This document shows, piece after piece, positions 1-25,650 of a stretch of DNA of 64,000 nucleotides (positions within the stretch are counted from its first letter, which is position 1; each line of letters starts with the position of its first letter). A program made the position numbers and the translations under genes. Source of the DNA: Flaccisagitta enflata (lineage: Eukaryota); contig OZ231126.1 in assembly GCA_965153355.1 (NCBI GenBank), positions 16,058,001 through 16,122,000 of the forward strand, written 5' to 3'. The notes beneath the pieces are model-generated. The model ran no database searches and was not told the origin of the DNA. It saw only the letters and a list, made by a program, of their open reading frames with translations.

Positions 1-903
1 ATGTCCGTCCGTTTCTTAAGTATGTGTGCTTTTGTTTCTTTTGCGTGCTTTGGCTTTTCTTCTTTCTCTATTATTCAATGCCAGCGTCTTTTGTTTCTCG
101 CCATTTTTTATATTGAACGCTAGATGGGTAACCATATGGTTGCGCCTTGTATTTTGTGCCATTTGTTTTTATTACGTAGGCATACATACGTAACTCGTCT
201 TTCGTATCATCCAATTTTTGGATTGATTGATTTTATTTATTTGCGGCATTGCTTCCTAAAGTGATTGATTGATTTTTCGTGATTGATTGAATGTGCCCTT
301 GGAATTTACTAATTTCAATAATCTCTCATCTTTTTATTGCAGATAAACTTATGAACGGACAATTAACGTTAATTTGACTTCGACAGACTGTGGGTTGAAA
401 CCAACGAAAGTGGGCCTAAAAGTAAGTTTTATAGACGCGTCTTTGCTTTTATTAACGTTGTTTTTATCTTGTCTTCCGGTCTGTTATTTTTGTCTTTTGC
501 CCTTTTGCATTTTTATCGCGGATTTTAGTATGGTTTTATCGCTTGCCCGATCAGCTTACTATGGGGATGATATGGATGAATCTAATAGGATAGGCAGGGG
601 CAGGGGCAGGTATTATCAGGTGGCATGGGCTCTGAAGAAGATGAACATGTTGTCATGTGCTGTTTCTGTCCTTTATTGTGTCCTGTCTCGATTCATGTTA
701 TCTTTTGCGTTGCTGATCAAAGTAACGCCCTTTCCTTTTCATTTTCCCTCTCTTCAGTTGTTGAAATTTTTATGGAATAATGAGACGATCGCCTTCCTAT
801 TTTCCAATTCGGCCAACTTTCTTTCACCACAAGTCGTCAGTCAGATAAGCGACTCATAGACAGTGCCAGTTGAAACTCGTGGAGCGTAATTTATATTTCA
901 ACA
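1..903 (+). repeat. 5' LTR of Bel/Pao copy A (window starts ~12 bp into the LTR)
   Basis: Near-identical to 53176-54080. Ends ...TATTTCAACA, roughly the inverse of the TGTTAGAAAT start seen at 53164. Confidence 0.85.
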
Positions 904-953
904 ATTTAAAAACGACTGGATTCTTTCCATCTTCGACCTCAGCGAAGTGGACA

Positions 954-3900
954 ATGGCAGCCGCGCGCGGCGGCTCCGTCTGACGGCTTCAACGTCTCTC
1001 GTGTATCCGCCGGGTTTGAATCAGTGTCGAGAGTCGGATGCGTTTGCGCGCGATGAGAAACGACATCTGGCGGAGATGGAAGGATGCCGGCGCCTTTTCG
1101 GCGCCGTTGCTACTTGCGCCGAAGGGCGAATGATTTAAACGACGCCGCCTGTGAATCAGATGGCGCTCGACACGGCCTTCGGGACATGGTCTACGACTTT
1201 ATATCATATGCAAGGCAAATGGCGCTCGACTCGATGCCCGGCGACCCTCTTCGATTCGCGGCGTCCACTCTGCGTCGAATCAGTAGCGAATGGAACTCCA
1301 TGCGTTTTCGATCGTGAAAACTATCCAGAGGTTTTCCTTCCAACGCCGACATCGTTAACGCAATGCACAATGACATTGGGAATCGTAAAAGACCCGTCAA
1401 CGAATTCTCATGGAATAGTCTCCCAACTGATACTCATGCCGCCCGTGACAATGTGACTGGCGCTCCAACACCAAGGATGCGGACGTCTTCGCCAAACCCC
1501 GACGGATCCGAGTATCTACCACTTCCGGCCCGGAGACATGGTGCGTAATCTCCGGCTGGTGGCCAATTTTTAAATCTGCCGATATCCAAAGAGGAGATGG
1601 CCAATCAATGGGTATCGGATTTGGTCTCGGAAAATGAACCTGCGCGTGCGCTCCGATGGAGCAAGCTGACGACATGCTTGCGGATCTCTGACGACGCCGG
1701 CGCCTCGCAAGAGGTCGTGGGATCATCGAACGGACTGACGCCGCAGGAGAGGGCAAGGCGGCGTTTCGCCAACAGGAGTGCGGAGAGAGACAGATGGGGC
1801 AGGCAGTTGGAGGATGAAATGCGACAAGGCCGTCGGCTGATTGACGATATGCAGCAGCAATAACGGGAGGAGGAGCAGCGACAGCAGCAGGAGCAACAGC
1901 AGCAGCATCAATTGCAGATGCAGCAGCAGCAACTCCAACAGTAACGTCAACTCCACCGACCACATGAGCAGCAGCAAACGACAGCTCAACGGCAGCAGCA
2001 AGAACTGCTGCAGCAGCAGCAGTTGCAGCAACTTCAACAATTTCGTCAACAAGACCAACAACAACGTCAACGCTACAAATTCTGCAGCCGGCGCCACAAC
2101 ATGTGGTTCAACAACAGCAACAACACGAGCAGCAGCAGCAGCAACAACAGCAACAACAACAAGGCTGCAATAATATCGTCGGCCCATGCAGCCGCATGAA
2201 CAACAACAACAGCGGCAAAATAACGCAGACGAACGTATGCAACAGCAACTGCAGCAGCAATAGCAACCTTCCGCCGCATCCCAGCGGTGGTAGAGGATCC
2301 TCCAGCGTCAAATAACCATCCTGTCGAAAGCATGAACGTCAGTGAAGAGACAGAGGAAGAGAGACAGCAACGCCTTGCAGAACAACGTCTGCGCATGATG
2401 GCTGAAGGTGAAGGTGGTGGTGCAGCAACAGCCCCAAAGGCGGCGATCGCGGTGCCATTGGGATTCCAACAGCGAAGCTCACCACAGAAGACAAAGAGTT
2501 ATACTGAATAGAATGTGTAACTTTTGCCAACAGCAGTACCCAGATGAAGATAGTAAGAGCGGGAGCATTAACAATGCGGCAGAAATGCAACGAAAGCACT
2601 GAAATATGGCCTGAACGACGGCGGCATTGGTGGAGCTTTAGAGCAGCGAGATGTGAAGCTTAGACAATTGTCTGAGCTGGACAAGCAGCAGCCGCAGCAT
2701 CCGCCAAAAGACCGTCGATCTATCTTCAGAAATTTTAATCCGGGATTGTCCAATTCGAACTTACAGCAACATCATGCAGTCAGTGAAATGCCCTGGCCAA
2801 GCAGCCGGGATGCAGCAGCAGCAACAGCCGGAGCAGCAGCAGCAGCAAGGACAACGCCAGCGCCAACCGCAGCAGCAGAATGAACAGCAACAGTATCCTG
2901 ACCAGCAACAGCAGCTTCAACATCAACAGTGGCAGCAACAACGGCTTCAACAACAGCAACAGCATCAGGATCAGCATCACCAAACCCCAGCAGCAACGAT
3001 TCTCACCGCACCGGAAGTGATCTTCGAGAAGCAGATTGATTCTGCTAGAAGGGAGACTGGCCTTCCCAATCAAGAGGAAAAAGTCTTCAACACAGCCGGA
3101 AGCGGAGGTGATGCAACGGAGGCGATGCGCAAGAGGCAGAGGCAGGAGGCCGCTGACGCGAAGTTGGCACAGCAGCTGCAAGATAAGGAGAGAAGGAAAG
3201 TCGCTCCCAAGAAGACAACGAGTGGATTGCAGCCGAAGGCGCCAAAAGTAGCGCAAACGCCTCTAGCAACGCCTCAAGCGGAAGTCATCCAGCAGAATCA
3301 ACGTTTGCAGCAGGAAGTGGATAATTTGAAGATGCAGATTCAGCAGAGAGACTTTGACCTTGCCGCGGCGAGAGAAGAAGAGAAACAACGTAAAAAAAAA
3401 CAACAACAGCGACAGTACGTCCGCCAAGATTTGATGCTCCCCCGATTCCATCAAGATGATCGTCAACAACAGATGAATCAGCAAGAAGAAGTTGGGTGGA
3501 GTGTGAAAACCACCAAAAAGAGATCTCCGGTCAAAGTCGGGGTCAATACGCTGCTGACTCAACAACCTCCAGCGTACCATCAGGTGTGGAGCATCACTGG
3601 GCGGGGCCCCGTCAACCGGAAGTCCACGCTTAGATGCCCAACAATCTGGCTCTGGACATGTTTTGGGAAAGAGCGGCAGATAAATCTATCTCATGCGAGC
3701 AAGGGAGGTCGGCCTCAAAGCATTGGAGAGAGCAAGACCCGAGAAGCCTCTGCAGGAGCTTTTGTCCACCGACTTTATGATGTGGAAGAGGAAGTTCAAG
3801 GATGCTGAGAAGCATGAAGGCTTGACGCAAATGGACATCTTATTGGAATTGCCTAAGTGGTTTGCTGGTCCGGCAAAGGAGATGATTGAAACTGCGACGA

Positions 3901-4777
3901 TTGATGCAACTGAAGCGACAGCAAGAGGAGAAATTGACGACGCCTTCGCAAAATTGACGTCGTCTTTATGGCAAGGCGCTGCAACATTGCGGCGCTGTTC
4001 AACGAAATCGTCGCGGAGGCTAAGATCCAGTCGGCCGACCATGCAAGGCATTTCAATTTGTCTGCAAGGTTGCAAAAGGCAAAGAAGATTGCGATGAGGA
4101 CCTGTTGAGAAGTGCAACAATGCTATCGCGACGAGTGCTGCAGGAGATCCTCAATAAGAGGGTCCTCATCTTGGTGGATAAATTCTGGGAAAAGCAACAT
4201 GAAGCAGCCCAAAATGGACAGTTATTCTCATTCGACAACTTGGTTCATATGATTGAAACATGGGCGGTGATTCAGCGCAACAAAGGCGCTAGCTGCTTTT
4301 TGGCATCAGTGGCAGCAGTTGCAACGACAGAAAAAGAGGCGCCATCTTCATACGAGGACGCCTTGACCAATGGCAAGCAAAAAGTGCAGTCGACGGACCG
4401 CTGCAACGTCTGCAGTGGAATGCATCAAACGGGAAGAGTGTCATCAATTGTCAGAGTTGGAAGTGGACGCGAGAGTTCAGAAGATCATGTCTCGTCGTCT
4501 TTGCTTCCACTGTCTGGCGCCAGGACACAACGCCAAAGGGTGCGCGAACAGACCAACTTGCCAGATCTGCAAGAAGCGGCATGCGACTATTCTCCACGGG
4601 CGCACCTACAAGAAAGAAGAAAAGGAAGAGAAGAAAGGAGAAAATAAGCAGGGAAATAAAGTACCGCTGGCTCCCTTCAAAAAGTCAGAGGATGCGGCTG
4701 CAGCAGCACCAACAGCTCCGTCGACGGCGGAGGCAGCCAATCCAACGGAAGTAATCTCTCCTAACGCTACGGCATGA
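954..4777 (+). pseudogene. gag: gag (Q-rich N-terminal half, zinc knuckles), frameshifted
   Basis: Overlapping ORF fragments match copy B gag. ATG at 954, stop TGA at 4775-4777. Confidence 0.75.
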
Positions 4778-6120
4778 CTGGCGGCGACGGCAACGTCGCG
4801 GTCCGTCTCTTCATTCGACGACGTTGTCCGTCCGATTGCTCCAGTGACTATCATAAACAATTCTTCGGGTGCGCAGAGGACGATTTACGCTATGATCGAC
4901 TCAGGCGCTGATCACAAAGTGATCAGTACTAATGTCATTCGCAGTCTTCTGATTCCGAACAAAAACAGTGCAAATGACGGTGATTACTGTGGGAAGTCAT
5001 GTTGTTGAGGATCGCTTCATCGCATCATTCACTATGCAATCGGTCGACGAGGAATATGTCGTCGACGCTAACGACGCATTGGTGTGATCGGTTAACGAAA
5101 GTGAACGCGATATCTCCTTTCTCCGTGACTCATCTGACCAACTCACATCGAAGGCATAAAATTTCCAGAAGCTGAAGGCGGTGTGATGATGATCATCGGA
5201 GCGGCGCATGCGGATGCCGCCGCCGCTCAAGAAATCCGTCGAGGGCCTTCAGGATTTTTGACTTGCTTCAGATGTCTATTCGGTTGAACTGTATGTGGAA
5301 AAACGGGCAAGAGGGGACGAGATATTGCATCGATCAACGCTATCGCGACGGATGACTGCGTCCTCAACGATAACATCGATCGCATCCTCGATAATCGTTG
5401 TCCTCAACAGCAACATTGACCGTATCTTCTACCATGACTTTGCATCATCAATCGCCTCGCAAGAGGAGATGGGCAGATTCCCTTGAAAATGTCAGAGCGT
5501 GCAAATGTTAGGAGGAAAAGACATATTTTTGCCCAATTGTGAAAAATACTTTGCTCCTGTCATAGGAAATTTCATCACGAAAAAATCATGGAAATTCTGA
5601 GAAGAGTGAAATCACGACCGACTGCGATGAAGCTGCTCGGTAACCAACGTTTTCGCTTCAAGCGTGATCCAGCCTTCAAAGAAAGAGTCTTCCAGAAATC
5701 GAGAAGTTTTACGAGACGGAGTGCTGAGATTGGACAGCGCCGACGACGACGACGGCATTGAGAAGCTGCAGCTGGTACTTGCCGCTTCATATTGTTGAAC
5801 TGCGAGGAAAAACGCGCGTATGTCACGATGCGCGTGCGGCGACCGACGGGATCTCACTCAATGATTTGCTCGTCGGAGGTCCAAACTTGATGAACAGCTT
5901 GATGGACATCCTCATACGCTTTCGCCAGTGGAAGATCGCCTTTATGTGTGATATAAAGGCGTTTTTCCACCAGATCCGCGTCGGCCCATCCTGACGACGC
6001 TGATCTGTCTAGATTCTTTGGTTCAAAGACCGTACTTCCTACGAGAAGCCATTTGGAATCTGTTCTTATCACATGTCTTCGGCAGCCAATCCAGCCTATT
6101 CACACACGTCTTTCACCGTC
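4778..6120 (+). pseudogene. pol: pol N-terminal part (aspartic protease, start of RT)
   Basis: VVRPIAPVTI...YAMIDSGAD in frame after the gag stop; ORF 5758-5994 carries Bel/Pao RT motifs. Confidence 0.8.
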
Positions 6121-6548
<428 letters not shown>

Positions 6549-7156
6549 TGAATTGCGCGAGACCGAAGTTTCGCTTTATATCCCTCTCGTGTTTCACGAT
6601 AAGAAGGTGTAATGGCAACAAATCGATTTGGCTTTCATGCAAAAAAAAAAAGAAAAAAAAAGAAAAAAGAAATCCTTGAAAAATCTTTTTCTATCGAATT
6701 TTGAAGTCGATCTTTCGACGGTTGCCACGAAACAGAGTCCAATGTTTTTTTTTTCAATATCGTGAAGTCCTTCACAAATTAGATTTTTAAAAATGAAAAA
6801 TTTGCAAGCTGAAGGCGTGTTAATTACAAATTGTGACTGACGCGAGCGATGAATATTTATTTTTTTTACCAAACCGGATCTCTGCTCTCTATCAGAATTG
6901 AGGCTCAATTCTTTCCTTAGAATTGAAAATTGGCGATGGGTAATCAGAAATTTCCATCTACATAGTATAGCATAGCATTGTTCCCGATGTACCTTTTCAT
7001 CCCTAATTGCCTCATCATTCTGTCTTTCTTTATCAGGGTAAGTGAAAAGTAACGTCGCTTAACGACGTGTTGCCCAAAAAAAGGAAGAAAGGACACAAAG
7101 GATAAGGAGGAAATAGACATTTTACGGAACCCCAATCCACAGTGTGTAATGTCAAG

Positions 7157-17894
<10,738 letters not shown>

Positions 17895-18708
17895 GTAGAA
17901 AAAAAAATTGATTGTGCACATTTCTATTGATTCAAATCCGTATACCTTTTTGTCCATTATTTTCAATTGGAAACCAAACTTTCCTGCCCTACGTCTGCCT
18001 CCTGAGGTGTTGTTAAAATGGTTGTACAAATGAATCAATCCGACAATGGATATTTTACCAAAATCATTTTATGTGCTTAAGTTTTTGGCGGGCGTCAGTT
18101 CAATCACTTGAAAGGTCGTTCGGTAAAACACCCAACCTTCAACCCCCCCCCCAAAAAAAGAAAGACACCATGCATGCTTGGAAACTTATTCTCTACTATC
18201 TAACCATTTTACCCAGTGCAATAAGCAGTGCTGATTCAGTTACTAAGAAAGTCTTTTTACCAGAAATGGTTGGCTTTGTTACTCATCGTCTGGTGAGTTT
18301 CATTTTTCCCTTCTTGCATGACGATTGAGTATTGAAGATATTACATTTGTGCCTCAATTTTATTTACTGTTCTAAACTTGGGGCTCAAAACAGCACTGTT
18401 TCTTTTTTTTTTGTAAACAAATAATTCGCTTGCCATAAAACACAAGCGCTGATCGTTATTTCGTCTTTTGATCTTTGGTTTACTACAATGTATTTGTAAC
18501 TGTAACTGTAACAGTACAATGTATTTGTAACTGTATTTATCATCAAACCCTTTAATTGAATTCTGGTTTAATCAATGAATTATCACAAATGTGTGGAAAA
18601 TATTGTTTACTGTTTTTGAAATTGCACGAACAACATCAGCGGTACACATACTGACATAAAGTTAACGCAATTTGATGTAGGCTAGCCTGATTTAGCTGAA
18701 TGAAACTT

Positions 18709-18827
18709 AAACAAGGCCAAGTAGGCCAATAGGTGCGACGTGTGGATCGTCGAACGAATGCGTTACCGACCGACAGACAGACCAACGGACACAGCCAGTT
18801 ATAGAGGTGCTTTGTCGCACCTAAAAA
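18709..18827 (-). mobile_element. Helentron/DINE-like element, family A, subfamily AGGTGCGAC
   Basis: Minus strand reads TTTTTAGGTGCGACAAAGCACCT, (GTCY)n, internal GTCGCACCTA, end GGCCTTGTTT. A second copy lies at 55008-55132. Confidence 0.7.
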
Positions 18828-18930
18828 TAGAAGTCACGAGCTCAAAATTTCTGTTAATCAATATAAACGGAGTGAGCATTTGAAATATCCAACCAAAGAC
18901 CTCTTTGTAGCTAACACGGTCACGCAAAAC

Positions 18931-19291
18931 CAAAACAGTGAAGGCAAACAAGGTCTTGAGGGACACACCGACTGTTGAAAGCAGAAAAGATAAACAAGAG
19001 AAAAAGTCGAGGAGACCAATTGGCATGATTGGGAGCAAAGCAGCAGAAACAGAGAGATAAAGAAGACTAATGACAAACACAACCAGCACGGAACAAAATT
19101 AGAGAAGAAGAAGAACAAGAAGAAGAAGAGGAAGATGAAGAAGAAGAAGAAGAAGAAGTAGAAGAAGAAGTAGAAGAAGAAGTAGAAGAAGAAGAAGAAG
19201 AAGAAGAAGAAGAAGAAGAAGAAGAAGAAGAAGAAGAAGAAGAAGAAGAAGAAGAAGAAGAAAAAGACAAAGACAAAAAGAAGAAGATAAA

Positions 19292-19324
<33 letters not shown>

Positions 19325-19684
19325 AAAGAAACAGTGAAGGCAAACAAGGTCTTGAGGGACACACCGACTGTTGAAAGCAGAAAAGATAAACAAGAGAAAA
19401 AGTCGAGGAGACCAATTGGCATGATTGGGAGCAAAGCAGCAGAAACAGAGAGATAAAGAAGACTAATGACAAACACAACCAGCACGGAACAAAATTAGAG
19501 AAGAAGAAGAAGAAGAGGAAGAAGAAGAAGATGAAGAAGAAGAAGAAGAAGAAGTAGAAGAAGAAGTAGAAGAAGAAGTAGAAGAAGACGTAGAAGAAGA
19601 AGAAGAAGAAGAAGAAGAAGAAGAAGAAGAAGAAGAAGAAGAAGAAGAAGAAGAAAAAGACAAAGACAAAAAGAAGAAGATAAA

Positions 19685-19717
<33 letters not shown>

Positions 19718-19720
19718 AAA
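18931..19720 (+). repeat. ~396-bp tandem duplication including a (GAA)n tract
   Basis: ACAGTGAAGGCAAACAAGGTCTTGAGGG... occurs at ~18935 and ~19331. Confidence 0.9.
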
Positions 19721-20250
19721 GAAAAAGAAAAAGAAAAAGAAAAAGAAAAAGAAAAAGAAAAAGAAAAAGAAGAGGAAGAAGTAGAAGAAGAAGAAGAAGA
19801 AGAAGAAGAAGAAGAAGAAGAAGAAGAAGAAGAAGAAGAAGAAGAAAAAGAAATAGAGGAAGAAAAAGAAAAAGAAAAAGACAAGACGAAAAAGAAGAAG
19901 ATGAAGAAGAAGAAGAAGAAGAAGAAGAAGAAGAAGAAGAAGAAGAAGATAAAGATAAAGATGAAGATGAAGAAGAAGAAGAAGAAGAAGAAGAAGAAGA
20001 AGAAGAAGAAGAAGAGGAAGAGAAGAAGAAGAAGAAAGGGAAAGTGATAAAACAAACTAGATAAGCAATGGGCATCGGGGAGCAGTTAGGAAAGGACAGC
20101 AGGGGGGTAATGTACGGGCAAAACAATGCAGAACCAGAAAAACAAAAACAAAAACAAAAACAAAAACAAAAACAAGGATAAGGAGAAGGAGAAGGAGAAG
20201 AAGAAGAAAAAGTAGTAAAAGAAGACGGGAGAAGAGAAAGGAGGAAGGAG
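19100..20250. repeat. (GAA)n-rich low-complexity tracts
   Basis: Directly visible. Confidence 0.95.
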
Positions 20251-20259
20251 GATAAACAG

Positions 20260-22456
<2,197 letters not shown>

Positions 22457-22466
22457 AAGAAAAACA

Positions 22467-24234
22467 AAACAAGGCCAACACCTATAAGTCGCGTGCAGGA
22501 CAAAAATAACTGAACTGACCTGACTCCTTATTGTATCTTTTTATCGAAAATCAGACTTAAACGCAACCCAAAACAGACCCAAACCAGACTCAAACCAGAC
22601 TCAAATCAGACTCAAACGAGACTCAAACCAGAATTAGACTAGACCAAAACCAGACCTAAATCAGACATAAACCAGACATAAACCTGACATAAACCAGATT
22701 TAAGCCAGACTCAAACCAGACTCAAACCAGACTCAATCCAGACTCAATCCAGACTCAAACCAGACTCAAACCAGACTCAAACCAGACTCAAACCAGACTT
22801 AAACCAGACTTAAACCAGACTTAAACCAGGCTCAAACCAGGCTCAAACCAGGCTCAAACCAGGCTCAAACCAGGCTCAAACCAGGCTCAAACCAGACTCA
22901 AACCAGACTCAAACCAGACTCAAACTAGAATTAAACCAAACCAAAACCAGACCAAAACCAGACCTAAATCAGACCTAAATCAAACATAAACCAGAAAAAA
23001 ACCAGACATACACCAGACCTAAACCAGACCTAACCCAGACCTAAACCAGACATAAATCAGACATGAACCAGTCTTAAACCAGACATGAACCAGACTCACA
23101 CCAGACTTAAACCAGACTTTAACCAGACTTAAACCAGACTTAAACCAGACTTAAACCAGACTTAAACCAGACTTAAACCAGACTTAAACCATACTTATCT
23201 TTAATATCATTTCAACCAGCAGACTTAAACCAGCAGACTTGAACCATTAGACCAGCAGACTTAAACCATTAGATTTAAACCAGCAGACTTAACCAGCATA
23301 TTCAAACCAGCAGATTGAAACCAGCAGACTTTAACCATCAGACTTCAACCAGCAGACTTCAATCAGCAGACCTTATCCATTAGATTTAAACCAGCAGACT
23401 TAAACCAGCAGACTTTAACCAGCAGACTTTAACCAGCAGACTTCAACCAGCATACTTTAACCAGCAGACTTTAACAAGCAGACTTTAACCAAAAATGACC
23501 AAAAATGACCAAAAATGACCAAAAATGACCAAAATGAACAAAATGACCAAAATGACCAAAATGACCAAGTATGACCAAAATGACCAAATGACCAAAAACC
23601 AAAGATGACCAAATGACCAAAATGACCAAAAATGACCAAAATGACCAAAAATGACCAAAATGACCATAAATGACCAAAATGACCAAACTGACCAAAATGA
23701 AACCATGATAAATGAAAATGACCAAAATGACCAAATTGACCAAAATGACCAAAGATGACCAAAGATGACCAAAGATGACCGAAGATGACCAAAAATGACC
23801 AAAAATGACCAAAAATGACCAATGAAATGACCAATGAAATGACCAATAAAATGACCAAAAATGACCAAAAATGACCAAGAATGACCAAGAATGACCAAGA
23901 ATGACCAAGAATGACCTAAATGACCTGAAATGACCAAAAATGACCAAAAATGACCAAAAATGACCATAAATAACCAAAAATGACCAAAAATGACCAAAAT
24001 GACCAAAATGACCAAAATGACCAAAATGACCAAAAATGACCAAAAATGACTAAAAATAACCAAAAATGACTAAAAGCAACCAATGATTCCCAAAAACAAC
24101 AAAAAAATGACTCAAAATAACTCCAAACGACCCAAAAAGACGAAAAAAAGCAAAGTGTCACCGACCGACCGACCGACCGACCATCCGACAGACGGACAGA
24201 GTGGGTCATAGAGTCGCGTGCACGCGACTAAAAA
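22467..24234 (-). mobile_element. Family-A Helentron-like element expanded by ~1.55 kb of internal tandem repeats
   Basis: Ends AAACAAGGCC..AGTCGCGTGC and (GACC)n..AGAGTCGCGTGCACGCGACTAAAA enclose arrays of AAACCAGACT, AACCAGCAGACTT and AAAATGACC. Confidence 0.75.
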
Positions 24235-25473
24235 CGTTGGCGGCGATAAAATGTGTGGAGAAAGAGAGGAGCAAATGCGCGCATGATTGTTGCCCAACAG
24301 GTTACGAGAGGTCATCATAATTGGCAACCGCAAGAACGCAGCATCAAGCCCAGCATCAGCATCAAGGACCAGGACGGGGGTCGGATTAAGGATTTTTTGG
24401 CGACAGACATCTAGGGGGGGGGGAGGGTAGTCAAGGTGAGGGGTTTATGGATGCTGATGATCAACATAACTCAAAAATTGAGTTGCCTTTTCGGGGGAAG
24501 CGCCTGAAAGCTAAAATATTCCAGTGGCCTAATGTCTAAAAATGATTTTGGCTTGAGTTCTAAAAAAAAGTTTAGACATGAGGCCAATGTAAAACTAAAA
24601 GTATTGTCATAGTTTGAAAATCTAAATGCGCCTAACAGCTAAAAAGGAAGCGCCTGATGTCTAAAAAAAAGAGGAAGGCATTGAGAAACAGACATAAGAA
24701 ACAGATATGAGAAACAGAGATGGAAGGATAGATTGATGGACTAAAAGACAAACAGGAGGACAAAGCGTCCGATAGTCAACAGTCAGAGGTAAAAACACAT
24801 TAGGAATTAGAAAGGGCAGTAGAGCATGCTCAGGCTATAGTGAATCTATATGAAGTCTTTTTCCAAATGTAGTATATAACTAATCACTTAAACATGCCTG
24901 CCTATAAGGTCTACAAGTTGCTGTCCCTTAAGAGATTTTCTGATTATTTTTTTAAGTAGGCAAAAAGGCAGCTTCACTAAGAGGTATGAATTTGCATGGT
25001 CACTTGAAATGCGCTTAATTAAAGCTCATTAGTACTATATATTTACAGAATAATATCAGCCAAAAACATGTGTAAATAGATGGGACTTGATCTGTGTATT
25101 GTTTCAAAGGGGCTTTAGACCTTTTTTGTTCCCTTCTATCATTCTCCTCTCCCCTCTTTTTTTTAGAATTTAGGCCAATCACTGATAAAAATTTTAAAAG
25201 TTAGACCACTTTTTCTGATCATATTTTTTAAAATAAATTGCTTTAAAATTAGCTGCAAATTTTTAGCTGTTGGGCGCTTTAGCTGTGGGGAGATACACCC
25301 GCGTTTTCTATTTTGGGCAATGATTAAGATCATTTGTGGCTACTGGCCAGTTGAGACGAGGATATGATATCATATTGCCTATAAGGCTATAAATATACAG
25401 AGACTCTATTACAGACACCATTAACTGTGGAAAAACATTGCTCCTAAATGAATTAAACTTAAATAACCAGATA

Positions 25474-25650
25474 CAGTTGAATCCCGCTCCAACGGATTTC
25501 AAGGGACCAACAAATTTTATCAGTTATAGGCGGAATTCTGTTATAGCCAACATAAAAAAAGAAAGAAAAAAGAGTGAAGAGACAAAGAATCAATATTTGT
25601 TGAAGGCGGAATTCCGTTAAAAGCGGAGTCGTTAAAGCGGGGTTCAATTA
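25474..25650. mobile_element. Tc1/pogo-type MITE with TA target
   Basis: TA-CAGTTGAATCCCGCT ... AGCGGGGTTCAATTA-TA. Confidence 0.7.

Larger units (their letters stand above)
1..6120 (+). mobile_element. Bel/Pao LTR retrotransposon, copy A, 3'-truncated within RT
   Basis: LTR followed by gag with triple Cys/His knuckles (CNVC..H, CFHCLAPGHNAKGC, CQICKKRH), protease YAMIDSGAD, and RT start (SLNDLLVGGPNL, DIKAFFHQI). Colinear with 40975-46987 and ends abruptly at a (GA)n tract. Confidence 0.9.
18040..20030 (+). repeat. Left arm of outer inverted segmental duplication (partner 62500-64000)
   Basis: For example, 18661 GTTAACGCAATTTGATGTAGGCTAGCCTGATTTAGCTGAATGAAAC is a near reverse complement of ~63372-63417. 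Similarity runs to the window end. Confidence 0.85.

Noticed and set aside
374-859. 161-aa hydrophobic ORF
   Set aside because: Lies in the T-rich LTR and its frame is broken in the other two LTR copies.
954-6120. Dense single-base frameshifts as programmed recoding
   Set aside because: Positions differ between copies A and B, so decay or unpolished consensus is more likely. Only the shared gag stop was kept.
22550-24110. Possible CRISPR array or telomeric repeat
   Set aside because: No unique spacers or cas genes; units are heterogeneous, non-telomeric and enclosed by element ends.
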